This document shows positions 13,250 to 27,666 of a stretch of 64,000 nt of DNA, one piece after another. The stretch comes from Octopus sinensis (lineage: Eukaryota), in NCBI RefSeq assembly GCF_006345805.1, contig NC_042998.1, positions 193,068,001 through 193,132,000 of the forward strand, in the 5' to 3' direction. Made by a program: the position numbers and the translations under genes. The stretch's first letter is position 1; each line of letters begins with the position of its first letter. The notes below the pieces were generated by a model. The model saw nothing but the letters and a program-made list of their open reading frames with translations, was not told where the DNA came from and made no database searches.

Positions 13250-14340
13250 AAGAGCGATGACGTCTTCTGGTAAAATTTAGGCGTCGACGAAGACGAGCTA
13301 CGTAATTGCCATGTTTCAACGGATTTTCGGGCCGGTGAACGTCATGGATAACTTCTGGAGATAGCTGGCCTGGAATCTATCGAGGGACACTGCCAGATTG
13401 AAGGTAAACGCAATGGACACGTGATTGCCGCCAGGTGGGATTGCCCGAAACGTGCGCAAAGCGACGAAATCGTATTGCACGCACTCTTGCAAAATCGAGG
13501 ATTGCTGATTTCAGGAATTACGTCGAACGGTTGTTGTCATGTGTAAGACGAATCCGACTATTGGCCGAATTCGTCGTAAGGGTTGCCCACCACTCACCTT
13601 CAGCAGAGCAGGGCAGACAGTGTTCTTGTTTATTGGCTATGGCTAAAGAGGGCTGTATAGTGGATAAGAGTGAGGAAAGACATCTACCTCTTCGGTCGAA
13701 CTATCACTGATTTTTTAATAGTTCCACTTGAAAAGGAATGTCAGAGCGGAGGGGTAAGTAGTCTGTCCCAGTTAATTTGTTATAGGGTAGATGACTATCA
13801 GAAACGTTGGGGGCGAATAAACCTACTTTAAGTATGCACTTATAGACATACTTTCACGTAGGGTAAACAGACTGTTGTCAGTTTATGGGTTTCATCATCT
13901 CTTCATAATTGGAGTGGATAGTATGTTTTTGGGGTAGTTGTTACTTAATAGATTGTTACTGAGCTTGATCATTTCTTCGTGGTGTGTATCAAGATCGTTA
14001 CTTATATTCTTTGCTTGATGTTTTAGGCACTGAGCAACCCTTCTCTTTACACTGTATGGATGGTGGTAATTGGAGTTGGATTAAGGTTTGTGTCCTTGGT
14101 GATCAGGGGTGATCCTGGATATATGGAATTCTTTGATTGGCTCTAGACTGAAGTCCTCCTGTATCAAGAGGACTGCATCACTTATATGTTCACATATTTT
14201 GTGTACTATGTATTTTTTCATCTCATTTTCCTTCTCTTCTTTCTTTCTTCTTGTCATCTTCTATGCAAACCCTCATGCAAATTGTAAACTGTCTTTGTAA
14301 TGTCCCGTTTATCTGATGCATTTATGGAAAATAAAAATAG
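13250..14340 (+). mobile_element. Decayed L1/Tx1-like LINE 3' end
   Basis: Frameshifted remnants resembling C..C...DE...HAL..C..IAD...YVERLLS...LAMAKE (C-terminal zinc-knuckle region). T-rich 3' UTR ending in AATAAA near 14330. Confidence 0.5.
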
Positions 14341-14547
14341 TATTTATAACTATTATTATTAATATTTTCCATTTCACTTCTCAGAGCTCTTGATTTCACT
14401 TGCTACAGCTAATTCTGCAAGAGCGGACATGTTGTCAAGGATCTCACAGGGTCTCTTCCACGATACTTAACATTCAAGTACAAATCCCAAAATCCTTGTT
14501 GTACCCAATAAAGCAGTTTTCTGAGTATGCTCAACCCACATGTCAAT

Positions 14548-14593
14548 CCAACAACAACAATAATAATAATAATAGTAGTAGTAGTAATAATAA

Positions 14594-14625
<32 letters not shown>

Positions 14626-14721
14626 ATAACAATAATAATAATAATAGTAGTAGTAGTAGTAATAATAATAAAAATGATAATAATAATAGTAGTAGTAGTA
14701 GTAATAAAAACAACAATAATA

Positions 14722-14757
<36 letters not shown>

Positions 14758-14877
14758 GTGGTTCTGTGGTAGAACCACTATTTTTGGAAGAAGGTCAGGC
14801 TTGTGTAGGATGGAAGATTGCAATTATTATTTTTATTATTTTTATTATTATTATCATTATTACTATTATTATTATTT
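14548..14877. repeat. (TAA)/(TAG)/(TTA) trinucleotide microsatellites
   Basis: Directly visible; source of the poly-N/S/Y ORFs. Confidence 0.95.
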
Positions 14878-14878
14878 A

Positions 14879-15090
14879 AGGCGGCGAGCTCACAAATCAT
14901 TAGCACGCCGGGCGAAATGCTTAGCAGTATTTCATCCGTCTTCGTTTCCTGGGTTCAAATTCCGCCGCGGTGGACTTTGCTTGTCATCCTTTCGGGGTTG
15001 ATAAATTAAGTACCAGTGAAACTCTAGGGTCAATGTAATTGACTAATCCCCTCTCACAAAATGGTTGCCGTTGCGGCAAAATTTGGAACC
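14879..15090 (+). mobile_element. Older SINE family A (A2-type tail)
   Basis: Diverged head and body. A further partial head follows at ~15118-15222. Confidence 0.75.
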
Positions 15091-16577
15091 ATCATCATTA
15101 TTATTATTATTATGTGAAGGCGGGTAGCTGGCTGAAACGTTAGCACGCCTGACAAATTGCTTGGTGGCATTTTTTTCTGGCTTTCTGTCCCGGGTTCAAT
15201 GTCACCGAGGTCGACTTTGCCTTATGAAGGAAAGGCAAAAATCGACCTCGGTATCGAAAGTGAATTGAAAATCCGAATCTTTTGAGAAATGCTAATAATT
15301 CTCTATAGAGGAGAAGCATTAGAATTCTCTCGCATGAATTACGTGGCCTGTCCACCTCAGTATGCTATATCGTAAGAGAATTTCTTTTCTTTTAACATCA
15401 ACTACATCCAGAACGACCTCACAAAGCTTCTCCAAGGTATGTGCAAAAGTTTGTCTCAGAAGATTTTGCTAAAAACCGTCCGACTTATTGTTGTGTTTCA
15501 CAATCATATATCAAGATATTTAAAATACATGTTTGGAAAGAGATATCTCAGTATAATGTTTCATAAATCGTTCAAAACAATGAGAATTGAAATTTTCCAA
15601 AAGATACCCATGACGTCTGAATTTTATTTGAAATTTGATTAATCAGGACCGCATCCTTTTGAAAGAAAAAATGTTCAAAGTTATGCAATACACCGTTTTT
15701 CTATTCATATGAGGATTTTCAGTGGAGGTCTGTTAACGAATAAAAGTTTTATCACATGCGAAAGAAATTGTATTCATAAAAGAAGGAAGAGATGGGTTCT
15801 TTCAGCTGTGTCGCAATATAAGTAACCAATGTACAAGAGGTCTCTCGTCTGATATAAAAATGTGTGTAGTTTAGGGTTAAGGTATTTATTATATCTTTGG
15901 GTTTGGATGTAAACTACACTGTAACAGTGTTATAACACTGCAAATTCTAAATCAGGATCAAACACGTAACTAACATATCTCTCCTCAACAACTTCTACGG
16001 CTGCCTTCACAAATGCATCTACACACACTGCATTGTACTATCTCTTTTATTTGGCACACAGGCCATGACAGAGAGGGGACAGCACAAGGACATACAGAAC
16101 ACCACAGTGGGGACAAAATAAAACATAAAACGAACTAATGAAGGATGAATAAAATTAATGGTGATGAAATGACTACGTTGAACCCGAATCTCAAGCAGTA
16201 CCATTTAGATATTTTAACAGTTTTTATCATTTTTCTTTCTCTTTTTTCCTTTTTTTCCCCCTTTTAGTATCGTATTTATAGTCTATTCAATTTGTACGTC
16301 TTACTTTTAGAAGTTCATAAATGGTTCTAAATCTTTGCACTCCACAACAGGCGGTAATTCATCAAACTCCACCTCTGCTCCCAATGAGTCTATACCGTTT
16401 CCGAACAAATCGCTCAATTTCCCGTACACCTCTCTCGGTGTATCACAATTCCTTTTACATTTTCTATATACAGCTCTACTGGTTATCTTGCCCTTATTAC
16501 CGATTTGAATTTTGTAATTCTCCTCTCTATGGCCGTACTTTTTGCGTATGTTACCATATATCACTTGTTCTTCATAT

Positions 16578-16790
16578 GGCGGTGAGCTGGCAGAATCGTT
16601 AGCACGCTGGATGAAATGCTTAGCAGTATTTTGCACACCGCTACGTTCTGAGTTCAAATTCCGCCGAGGTCGACTTTACCTTTCATCCTTTCGGGGTCGA
16701 TAAATTAAGTACCAGTTACACACTGGAGTCGATGTAATCGATTAGTCCCCTCCCCCACAATTTCAGGCCTTGTGCCTATAGTAGACAGGA
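16578..16790 (+). mobile_element. SINE family A, A2 tail subfamily
   Basis: Family A head and core with tail CCCCTCCCCCACAATTTCAGGCCTTGTGCCTATAGTAG. TSD ATATCACTTGTTCTTC on both sides. Confidence 0.88.
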
Positions 16791-17064
16791 TATCACTTGT
16801 TCTTCTTCGGCTTCTCGACTGCTCGTTTCTGCTGCAAATCTGGGTTGTCCGGGCAAGTTTTTTTTGTCCTTTTGTTGGTAATTCTATTGCACATCCTTGC
16901 TGCCAGCTCTCTCTAATGTCCATTTCTTCCTCCTTTCTTTTTTTTAAACTTTTGTTGGTGATGCTGTTGTACTTTTTTGCCACCGGCCCTCTATAATGCC
17001 TATTTTGTCCTCCTTTTTACCTCTTGTTGGTGATGCTAGTGTACATATATATACTTATATACTG

Positions 17065-17301
17065 AGATCTTTTCACTTTGACCGGCAGATTTAAAAAATA
17101 ATTTCTTTGTAACTAAACACTTTTAAACTTCGTCTACTGGTAGAATATGTCACATAAAACATCTTTTTCACTTGGCGTTCTTGAGAAAATTCTGTGGTTT
17201 GTAAGCTATGTTGTTAAATTTCTCGTATTTCGGCAATTTCAACCAATCGATGATGTCTATTGAGGTGAATACAATTACTGCCGGTCAAAGTGAAAAGATC
17301 C
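17065..17301. mobile_element. Shorter diverged relative of MITE family D
   Basis: Perfect 23-bp TIR GATCTTTTCACTTTGACCGGCAG. Interior aligns with 3990-4165 (AAACTTCGT...TGGTAGAAT...TTCAACCAATC). No clear TSD. Confidence 0.8.
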
Positions 17302-17834
17302 CGAGCGGGCAGATTCCATACCAGACCGGATCGGACAAAATGTCTAGCGTCATTTCGTCCGACTTTACTACCAAAGTTCAAATTTCATTGAGGTCAACTT
17401 TGTCTTTGATCCTTTCAAGGTCGATAAAATAAAGTATCAGTCAAACATTTAGGGGTTCGTTTTTGAACACAGGCGTATATTTATGCCAGTTTATTTAAAT
17501 TTGCTCTTACATCTAGTTATACATGAATACGTGTTTTTTGTATGTATAAGATGTGGATGTACCTTTACGTAAATATGTAGATGTGGGTGTATATAAGTTG
17601 TTTGTGTATGTATATACAACTCTGTCTTACGTTTCAGTCATAGCGTGTAATCCTGGAGAAATATGGGCCCTATCAAACTGATTTTGCTTTGACATATTTG
17701 GAAAGACATAAGATTATCTTGCAAAAAATGTCTATTTCTGTGTTTATTTGAATAAATGCTTGTGCTTAAATATGTATGTAAGTAAAGAATGAATACTTAC
17801 ACGCGTAATATTAACTTGATAAACATAAATGAAT

Positions 17835-18703
17835 GCATATATGTATATACATACACACATATATATGCATATATATATATACGTATATACACACACACAC
17901 ATATATATATATACGTATATATATACACACACACACACACACATATATATACGTATATATACACACACATATATATATACGTATATATACACACATACAT
18001 ATATATACGTATATATACACACACACACATATACGTATATATACACACACACACACACACATATATATATACGTATATATACACACACACATATATATAC
18101 GTATATATACACACACACATATATACGTATATATACACACACACACATATACGTATATATACACACACACATATATATACGTATATATACACACACACAC
18201 ATATATACGTATATATACACACACACATATATACGTATATATACACACACACGCATATATATACGTATATATACACACACACGCATATATATACGTATAT
18301 ATACACACACACATATATATACGTATATAACACACACACACATATATATACGTATATATACACACACACACATATATATACGTATATATACACACACACA
18401 CATATATATACGTATATATACACACACACACATATATATACGTATATATACACACACACACACATATATATACGTATATATACACACACACACATATATA
18501 TACGTATATATACACACACACATATATATATACGTATATATACACACACACATATATATATACGTATATATACATACATATATACATATATATACACACA
18601 TACATATATACATGCATATACATATATATATACACACACATATATACATGCATATACATATATATATACACACACATATATATATACACACACATATATA
18701 TAC

Positions 18704-18736
<33 letters not shown>

Positions 18737-18929
18737 CATACACATATATATACATATATACATACACATATATATACATATATACATACACACACATATA
18801 TATACATATATACATACACACATATACACACATATATATACACACACATATATATACACACACATATATATATACACACACATATATATATATACACACA
18901 CATATATTTATATATATATATATACACAC

Positions 18930-18964
<35 letters not shown>

Positions 18965-19145
18965 TATATATATACACACACACACATATATATATATACA
19001 CACACATATATATATATACACACACACACATATATATATATATATACACACGCACATATATATATATATATATATATACACACGCACATATATATATATA
19101 TACACACACACACACATATATATATATATACACACACACATATGT
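17835..19145. repeat. 1.3-kb compound (CA)n(TA)n minisatellite with TATACGTATA cores
   Basis: Units of ~26-32 bp, (CA)n(TA)nCG(TA)n, from ~17875 to 18545, then degenerate CA/TA tracts. Confidence 0.95.
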
Positions 19146-20326
19146 ATTCATTTTTTATATGTGTATCTACATATAACATGATTCCAAAATCGAAATATAA
19201 TATTTGAATTATTATTTTACAATTAGGTAGACGTGTAGTTTTGCTATGAAATTCTCCATAACCACACACTTTTCAAGAAACTCGATCTATAAATTCGTAA
19301 TCGCCCTTGGTGCGTAATCTGCTAATGTGTGGAAAGCCTCATCTACGTCGTTGTCATTTAAGTAGTGTTTCGTATAAGTGGTCCTGTCATGTATTTCAAA
19401 AGTTTTAAACAGCAAGTGCCAGAAGATAGAGTGTTGGACAATTAAGTCTTCAGTAAGGATGGTTATATTCAGAGAATTATAAATGTGTGTTCGATGGTTT
19501 TTATTGACTTACACACGGTATTGTACACTCCTTAGCTTACATGTTATATGTCACTCCAAATATAGGATCTAGTTTAGTCTTCGATTGTTTTTTAGCTTAA
19601 GTGCCAAATGTCAATACTGTCCGGACAAGAGACGCAGTTTCAGAAAATCGATTAAAATTCCATTGAAAACTGTTCGAATATATTATATCAAGGTGACCTG
19701 CTCTCGTTGCTTTCTACAATAATGATATTAACATTTCTTTTATTTATCTACTTATTTATACTTATTTATATATTTGACAAGCCTTGTCAAAAGTTTAAGC
19801 GAGTAAAATCGTGAATTCAACAGATGTAATGTACTGGAGTTTTCTCTGCGGTTTCTTCGCATCTTTTTTCTTATTCACTGTCAAAGCTGACACTAGTATT
19901 TCCTTCTAATATGCATTTTCTTCGGAATTTATTAAAGAATACTTATTTGAATAAACGTTGCTTAGACGAGCCTATCACTTTATATCATCGTAATATCGTT
20001 AGAGAAACGTATAACGTTGTTTATATACATACATACATATATATTTAAGTAGTTGAATGAATTATCCTAGTATGGATAATTCGGTTAACCGATACCCGGG
20101 TAGCAAATTCATGTCAGAAAACACGGTTGAAGCTACATGCCAAGGGCAGAGATCACGTGCTTTCGTGTGGAAATTTGTGTGTTTTTTTTACTATAAATAA
20201 ATGAAAGAATGGAGTCGAACGACGATTTAACAAAATTCCTTTATTCTCGACATATGTTTCGAAGACTACATATTCCTAATTTCGAAGGAATAAGGGGTGC
20301 ATTATATATATATGTATATATAGTCA

Positions 20327-20525
20327 ATAATAATAAGGGTAAAATTAATTAATTAATTAGTAATCAATAATTTTACCAAGCAGTGTTCAGTATGTAAAAG
20401 GACCATTTACGGTAAATTTAAACATTACTTTATATAATTAGGATTCAGCAAAAAAAAAAAAAAATTGCTTTACCACACACCGAAATCTTTTTTTTTTTTG
20501 CTGAACCCTATTTATATAAAGTAAT
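20327..20525. repeat. Dispersed repeat fragment (also at ~31615-31845) with local fold-back
   Basis: Shared AAGGGTAAAATTAATTAATTAATT...TTACCAAG...TTCAGCAAAA...ACCACACACCGAAAT. Inverted arms at ~20424-20463 and ~20488-20525. Confidence 0.65.
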
Positions 20526-22110
20526 ATATAGACACACACACATTATATATATATATATATATGTAAATATATATATAAAAACTCTGAGATCATTAGGACA
20601 CCAAGCTCCACCTTAACGGTGGCTTATCCAACAAGTTATTTTTACTGATTGAGAACTCGATTCACACACAAACACACATACACATGTATATATCATGTAT
20701 ATACGTATATATTTGTGTGTGTGTGTGTGTATACTGGTGTACTGTGGTAATGAGATTCTTTGACATGAAGTCCATTGCGTCAAAAACGGGAAGTGGTTAA
20801 ACAAACAGCTATTTACTGATGAGAATGAAGTCATAATGAGAAATCTGTGCAGCAAGAAACAAGCCCCAGTCTGTGAAGTGATTTCGATTGCCGCTCGGAA
20901 CCACCTCATTTTACCCACTTCAAAATAGTATAGAGAAAGGCATAAACATTATTCACTTCCTTTATAAAATGTACGGCATTTATTTTGTCCTAGAAATCAA
21001 TACATTAATCATATACCGTGCAAAAGTCATGTACCATTAATAGGTTTAGATTGTTTGGTTAATGGAAAATACCCTCGCCTACAGCTATATCAAGAATCAT
21101 ATGTTGGAAGTTACAGAGTTTCAATGCCGTCATCAAGGCATTTGTTTGATGCAGAAACGGTTTGCGGCAAATTTCGCGAAGTATTTTTTTTCGTCACAAA
21201 ATTGATTACATTGTGTTATAGAAATATAAGTGATGCTGATGTGTCCGAGTATAGAAACATTAGCGAAACTATACAACAACATAACTAATTTTGAAGTAAA
21301 ACCAAATTAAAAAAAGTTTAGAGATAATTTGCAGCCATTTCATATCATATTAAGTTGTCTGAAAATCTTTTCGTTCCAACTGATGGAAAATTATTCATGT
21401 TTTAATTTGTAACCGTCGAAGAGAAAGACTTTTGAGATCTTCCACGGAATTTTTAATAAGATATTCCCCGATGAGATTTATTTCATGCCAGGTTTCTGTC
21501 GACAATAAGTAATTCACAAGGCAATGTTTAAGAAGTCGTCATTAGCAAACGACGAATACTCTAGCAGAAACGATAGGAACAAAGAGGAGAGCAATGTTTA
21601 TTAACTTTTCAGCTTTCAGGTTTGTTTTGTCTCGAAAGATTACTTAGCTGAAAGAGAAACCGATTCTGTAACTTATCACATTTTTATTTTACTTTTCCGC
21701 TATTATTTCTATTGACAGTTTGTTTACCAAAGCTGATGGCGTCTAAGATCTTAGCAAAGCTGTCCATTTTAATTTCAATGTGCAGCTCATAAGAACTGAA
21801 AGGTCAGTTGTGGTTAATATCTTAGTTGATTACAGCTAAACTACTTTTATTCAAATTACATAGTTTCTTTCGTTGCATCACAAATTCTTTCATCTCTTTT
21901 CTTTCTACATTACCATGATACGAAGACCTTCGTTTCCATAACTATTGATGCATCTAGATACTGCACTACATATATATTTCTTGGCACAAATTTAAATATA
22001 TTCATACAAACACACATGCATGCATAATGAATCAACTGTATATATTTACTCACACAAGTGTTAGCATTATACATTCATGCACGATGTGTATTTGTTCATA
22101 CGTATATATA

Positions 22111-22339
22111 TATTTCTTTACTACACACAAGGGGCTAAACACAGAGGGGACAAACAAGGAGAGACAAACGGATTAAGTTGATTAGATCGACCCCAGTGCG
22201 TAACTGGTACTTAATTTATCGCCTCCCGAAAGGATGAAAGGCAAAGTCGACCTCGGCGGAATTTGAACTCAGAACGTAACGGCAGACGAAATACGGCTAC
22301 GCATTTCACCCGGCGTGCTAACGTTTCTGCCAGCACGCC
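22111..22339 (-). mobile_element. SINE family A monomer
   Basis: Reverse complement of the family A consensus. Confidence 0.9.
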
Positions 22340-22367
22340 ATGTATATACTCACACACACTTAGAATC

Positions 22368-22405
<38 letters not shown>

Positions 22406-23099
22406 ATACACACAATTATATACACATGAGTTGTGTGAGTGTGCGTCTATGTGTTGCACTTTATAGTAAAGTTCACAGACCCAGATGACAATAAGCAACA
22501 AAGGATTCACTAGACGTGTTTCAAAAATGCTATGAATTTCACAGTGGTTGTGACTTCAAAGTTTTCGCACTTCTGAATATGCCAGTATTGGCGAAACTCC
22601 GGATTCGAAGTCACTCAGTCGCCTTGCATTTGGCTTGAGTTATACATGAGTGTGCGTACTTATGTACACATATATGGAGATAGCCAGCCAGCCAGCCACA
22701 CGCACATCGTTCTACACTTTTCTATGTGCAGTAGTTCACTTACCCAAACTTTATATCAATCACCGAGAACCTTTTCCCCAAAACAATAAACTTAAAGTAG
22801 CTCCCACCATAACTTACCAGCAATGCCGTAGAACACGAAATGCTGCAAATCATCAAACTGTACTACTCGCAGACACACACACACACTACATGCATATACA
22901 CGCATACGCGTACACACACTACACACGTACGCATACATATACACACACGTGTGTGTGGAAGACAAATGTACTCGGATTTATATCCACGAGTTTGTAATTG
23001 AATATCTAAAACGATTTGCAATGCACAAATCTATAGATGAAGATATAAACATCAATGGCTTATGGAAGAATGTAATAAAGTAGAATGCGGGGAAACTAA

Positions 23100-23720
23100 C
23101 AAAAAGGTATTTGTGGGGGTTAAGGAAAAATAAAATGAACGAAATAGATCGCGGATGAAAGATGGGAGGTTATTGTGACACGAAAGAAGTAAAATAAAAT
23201 AAAATTCTTAAATTTGCAGAGGGAATCGAATGGATTTAAAATTGTATAGCTAAATGCTGGAGTCTCAATAGAAAGGTGAAAAAGTTGTTGAAGAAGCGAT
23301 AAAAGAAGATTCATGAAAATGAAAGCCGATGAAGCAGATAAATTCCTCGATGCAGGAGACAGTAGAGGAATTAGAAAAGCTTATGAAATAATAAATGGGA
23401 TTACAGGCAAAGCAAAGAGATCAAAAAAGACTACCACAGTTCTTTATTGATGAGGGAACTAATAACACGTGGTATAAACAAGTAAAGAAATGGAGAGAAC
23501 ATTTTAATACAGACATGAAAAATACGTTTAATAGGAAAAGCGATCAAGAGGAGCTGAAAGTGGCTGTCCATGAAATACCTTTTGAAGTAGTAAGAAGGGT
23601 CATCGAGCTGTTAAAAATAAAGCTCAGAAAGGGTTCTGGATCCAGGAGAAATTATAAAAGCAGATAAGCACTTAATTGCAAGAGCTTTGTTGAAACTATT
23701 TCATAATACATGAAGCATTG
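23100..23720 (+). mobile_element. Decayed RTE-like LINE ORF2 fragment
   Basis: Remnants such as RKAYEII, KKWREHFN and EVVRRVIELLK followed by GEIIKA resemble the linker and RT domain 0 of non-LTR elements. Several stops and frameshifts. Confidence 0.5.
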
Positions 23721-23731
23721 AACAGATGCTT

Positions 23732-23952
23732 CCCTTTTGTTACCAACCCGGCTGAAACCGGCTCTGGCTCTTTAGTATAAATATCTTGTTTTCATAAGTT
23801 TTGAATTCAAAATTTCCACCAAATTTTAGTCACAATTTATGCTCCTAACACTAGCTCAATGATAACGATGTTATTTTACTAAATTCTTTCTTATATTTAA
23901 AATAATTGGAAGAAACACAGAGCATCTCAAAATAAATACAGTAACGAAAGGG
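23732..23952. mobile_element. piggyBac-like MITE
   Basis: TIRs CCCTTTTGTTAC and GTAACGAAAGGG, right end followed by TTAA. Left TTAA not preserved. Confidence 0.55.
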
Positions 23953-26609
23953 TTAAGATTGGAAGGGCGGTAGAGTAACTAGGATATCAAACACAAAGGG
24001 ATCTCGGAGTGTGACATTTGGAGGAGTCAATGAAAGTAACATAGCTCGGTTGTCCTGAATAAGAAATAGATTGCACTGGAAAATATAGCGAGGAATGACC
24101 AATTAAGCTTCTGGTGATTGTGAGTATAATACTGAGCGTTCAAATCCGATCAAAGTCAACTTTGACATCTATTTCCCAACGTCGATAAAATTACGGTCAG
24201 TAAAATCATTGGAGTAGATATAATCAACTGCGCCATTCCCTCTAATGCATCTTTGTGCCCTTACTAGAAGTGGTCTTTGCAATGTGATATTTATTGTACA
24301 CTCAAAAGTGTTTTTTTTTTCTCCTTTGGCAGTGTAATAATTCTAATGGCAATCAAAATAAGTGAATGATAGAACTTGCAGAGCTAGAGCTCCGGACAGA
24401 AGCAACTTGCATCATTTAGTTGTTTCTGGTCTAAATTAAAATCCCACTTGGGTTGATTTTCAAGAGTTGAGATGAGGGGATCAAAAAAAAAAAAAAAAAC
24501 CAATAATTTTGTAATAATATTATTATTCTACCGACTAAACTCTTCTCAAACAAATTTATGGACCATGTGTGCTAATATAAGAAATCAATATTCCGACTGT
24601 AATATACGAAGTGTTGCGTAGAGTTCTTAGAAAGCCATTCCGTTTCGATTCTCAGTCAAAATCCACTTCACTTTTGTCGTTAATGCCTTGCATGATTAGA
24701 CGTAGGAAGATCCACTCTTCTCTTTACTTCTCCACTAAAATAATTTCCGTGTGTAAGAAGAAAAATTTTCTCTTGCTGATACTGACTCATGCAAATTCAA
24801 ACTCCTCTTTCGACATCTGCTACCATACACGTAAGAAAAATTATTTGAGCACCAATGAAATTCTCATGTGGATCGATTAACAGATATACGATTCAAATCT
24901 ATTGTTTAGAATACGAAATTGCAATCGACAATTTATCAGAGGTATACAGTTTCAGTTTGAATAAATATCACGAACATTGAAAATAGAAAAAAGATACTTC
25001 AGAGACAGTGCAAAAGAATTCGCTAATGTCTAACGTTTTTGTAAAAGGTCAAAGATACCTGATGTAAATTGTTAATCCTCATTGGTTGCCCAATCTCCTT
25101 TCTCATGCTTTAATTGTTTTATCAATTGGTATTTTCAATATATTAGTTTTAATTCTCTACGTACGTATAAAATAGCTGAAATTTTAGCTTTCAGCTCGGA
25201 AAGAAAAATATGCTATACTACATTCGTACTTTGTTTACTTGATATTTGGCCTTTTCGGATCTACTCGTATTGTATCCGTCCATAGCAACAATAAATTGTT
25301 GCACTTTCCAAAAATGTCCGTTAGTAATTGGAGGCAAAATATAGGATAGGGATCATGTTTCTGGTAAAGGTAAGGTTTAGTCAATGAAACTATAGTTGTG
25401 TGACGTAGGAAATTATTACTATGAATTGTTCTTTGCTGGTGTTTGCTGTTATGGCGTCCCAGACAAGCACTGATGAAACAGATTAAACTGCGAAGCTGTA
25501 CGAAATAAAAGCAACATGCTCATATTACTAGCGTGACATGTTATCTTTTGTGGATCCACTGACCAGTCTGTGTCTGTAAATCTGCAGTGTTTGGTTGTGT
25601 CCGCAACAGAAGTGAATGCTTGAGTTTTGGTCTTAGTAACTGGTCTTCTACACTTTTTTCTGGAAGAGTATCATTTAAGGCAACCTCGAATCTCATTCGA
25701 CGCTGAATAGTTATTGTTTCAAAGATCCTGGCATCCTAGAAGTGATCATCACTCGTTGAATTTCACAGCAGCCTACATCAGCTTTTATACTTAATTATTG
25801 CCGTAACAAATTGCATCTCTTTAGCTGTTTTATTTTATTGTACAGCTTTACCATCTCACCTCTCTGTTCTGTCTATTTATTTGGATATAGATTGACATTA
25901 ATGGGTCACATGCCAGCTCAGCCGATGAGGAATTATTGTTTATTTCATGTATATGAGTACCTACGTCTTGGTGTAACCGATCCTGGACAATCTTATCCAT
26001 GGAAGAAGTTTAATGCCAGTGTAACACTCGTCAATAATATAGTGCTTCCACTTATTACGGAAATATTGTCTATCTTCAAGTAGCCATAAAGTCTAAGCTA
26101 TCGACGGCTTAGCGTTGCGCCTATGCACAATGCATAGTTCATTCACGAGACGTGAATTTGCAACCTTTCAGATGTTTGTTGTGCCCTTATCCATTTAGTT
26201 CTTTGCAGTCCGCGAATATTGACACAAATTGTTCTAAAATATTTACCTCGTTTTTTTAGGCAGAAGTTTTTGTGGTGAGTATATTGTGAGCGCACACATT
26301 CATTGCCTTTCATTTGTGTGTATGTGTATCTATGTGTGCGTGCGAGTGTGTCACTGTTGAAGTCGCTCGTGCGACTTGTTTGTGTTTATATTGTTGGCTT
26401 AGTGGTACAGAGTGTTTGGAAACCGTGAATAAGGTGCAAGCTTCGAGTACTTGTCGGTAACTTTTTTCCTTCTCGTCTTCTAATAGTAATTACCCAACTT
26501 TCTATACTCTTCTCACAGCTATCCCGTGTTCAAAAATTATACGGGTATTAAAACTTTCCATGCAATAAATAATATATTATGTATATATTAATAGAATAAT
26601 AAATAAATT

Positions 26610-26875
26610 ATGTAAAGTACAATAACCATCTCATTATGGCTAACCACAAAGGGTGGGTGTTACTGTAGCTTTTTAGCTCCAGGAAATCATCGTCTCCAGC
26701 TGGCTTTAGACACAATTTCTGTGCCCTTAAGGTATTTGCAAAGGGAGGCCATCCCTTAAGAGCACAGAAATTGTGTCTAAAGCCAGCTGGAGACGATGAT
26801 CTCCTGGGGCTAAAAAGCTACAGTAACACCCCCCTTTGTGGTTAGCCATATTGAGATGGTTATTGTACTTTACAT
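26610..26875. repeat. Long inverted repeat (~123-bp arms, ~21-nt spacer)
   Basis: 26610-26732 is the near-perfect reverse complement of 26754-26875. Confidence 0.95.
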
Positions 26876-27666
26876 TGTCGAGCGATTACTGTTTACATCT
26901 CGTTCTGAGAATTAATAATAAAGAAATTACATATACATTAATAGAATAAACTGTCGGTTTTGCGAATAGCGCATGTAAACTTAAAAGGGAAAGTAGGAGA
27001 CTACAAATGAGGATTGAAGGCTCCGCAGTGATTGCAATGGATATTTAAATTTGTGAATTGGACGCAGTGAATGCAATGAATACTTAAACTTGCGAGAAAT
27101 TGGAGTTTAAAAAATTCAAGAAACTTGAGAAATCAAAATTAGAGGAAATTTCTAAGAACATGAATTTATGAAAATATTTCCAGACGGTCAACCCTTTAAT
27201 AATTGCTTTCCTTTAGTACTTTTAGTAATTATTACATACCCAATTAATAAGCAGCTTTCTCCATTATAGTATAGATATACACGAATACACACACAAATAT
27301 GCGATTACAATATGGGATCATAGATCAAATATGTTACTCCGAGTTTGATAAACTCCTGCGAATATTTGCATAGAATTGAATCAAATCAATAGAATTGCCA
27401 AGGTTAAAATTATCAGACTTAGATCGAAAACGAAACGAAAAAAACTATGTATGATAACTGATGTGTTTCAAGACAACAAAAGGGATACGACAAGAGATAG
27501 TTACTTCATTTGTGAAGATGATATTGAACGGATAAATAGACAATTGTAGATATCAGTAACATTGAATAGAAATAAATAGGTTCGGTCATAAGACCCTCAA
27601 CAAAAATAGTCGAAACGAGAGGAACAGGGAGGATGGAGAAGTGTGGACGATATGGAAATGAGAGAA

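Noticed and set aside
17744-19269. ORFs of 385-490 aa on both strands (also 36010-36961 and 44044-44745)
   Set aside because: Translations of TA/CA microsatellites, which lack stop codons by composition.
20815-20850. CTGATGAG...GAAA hammerhead-like core
   Set aside because: No properly closed stem II and no stem I/III complementarity.
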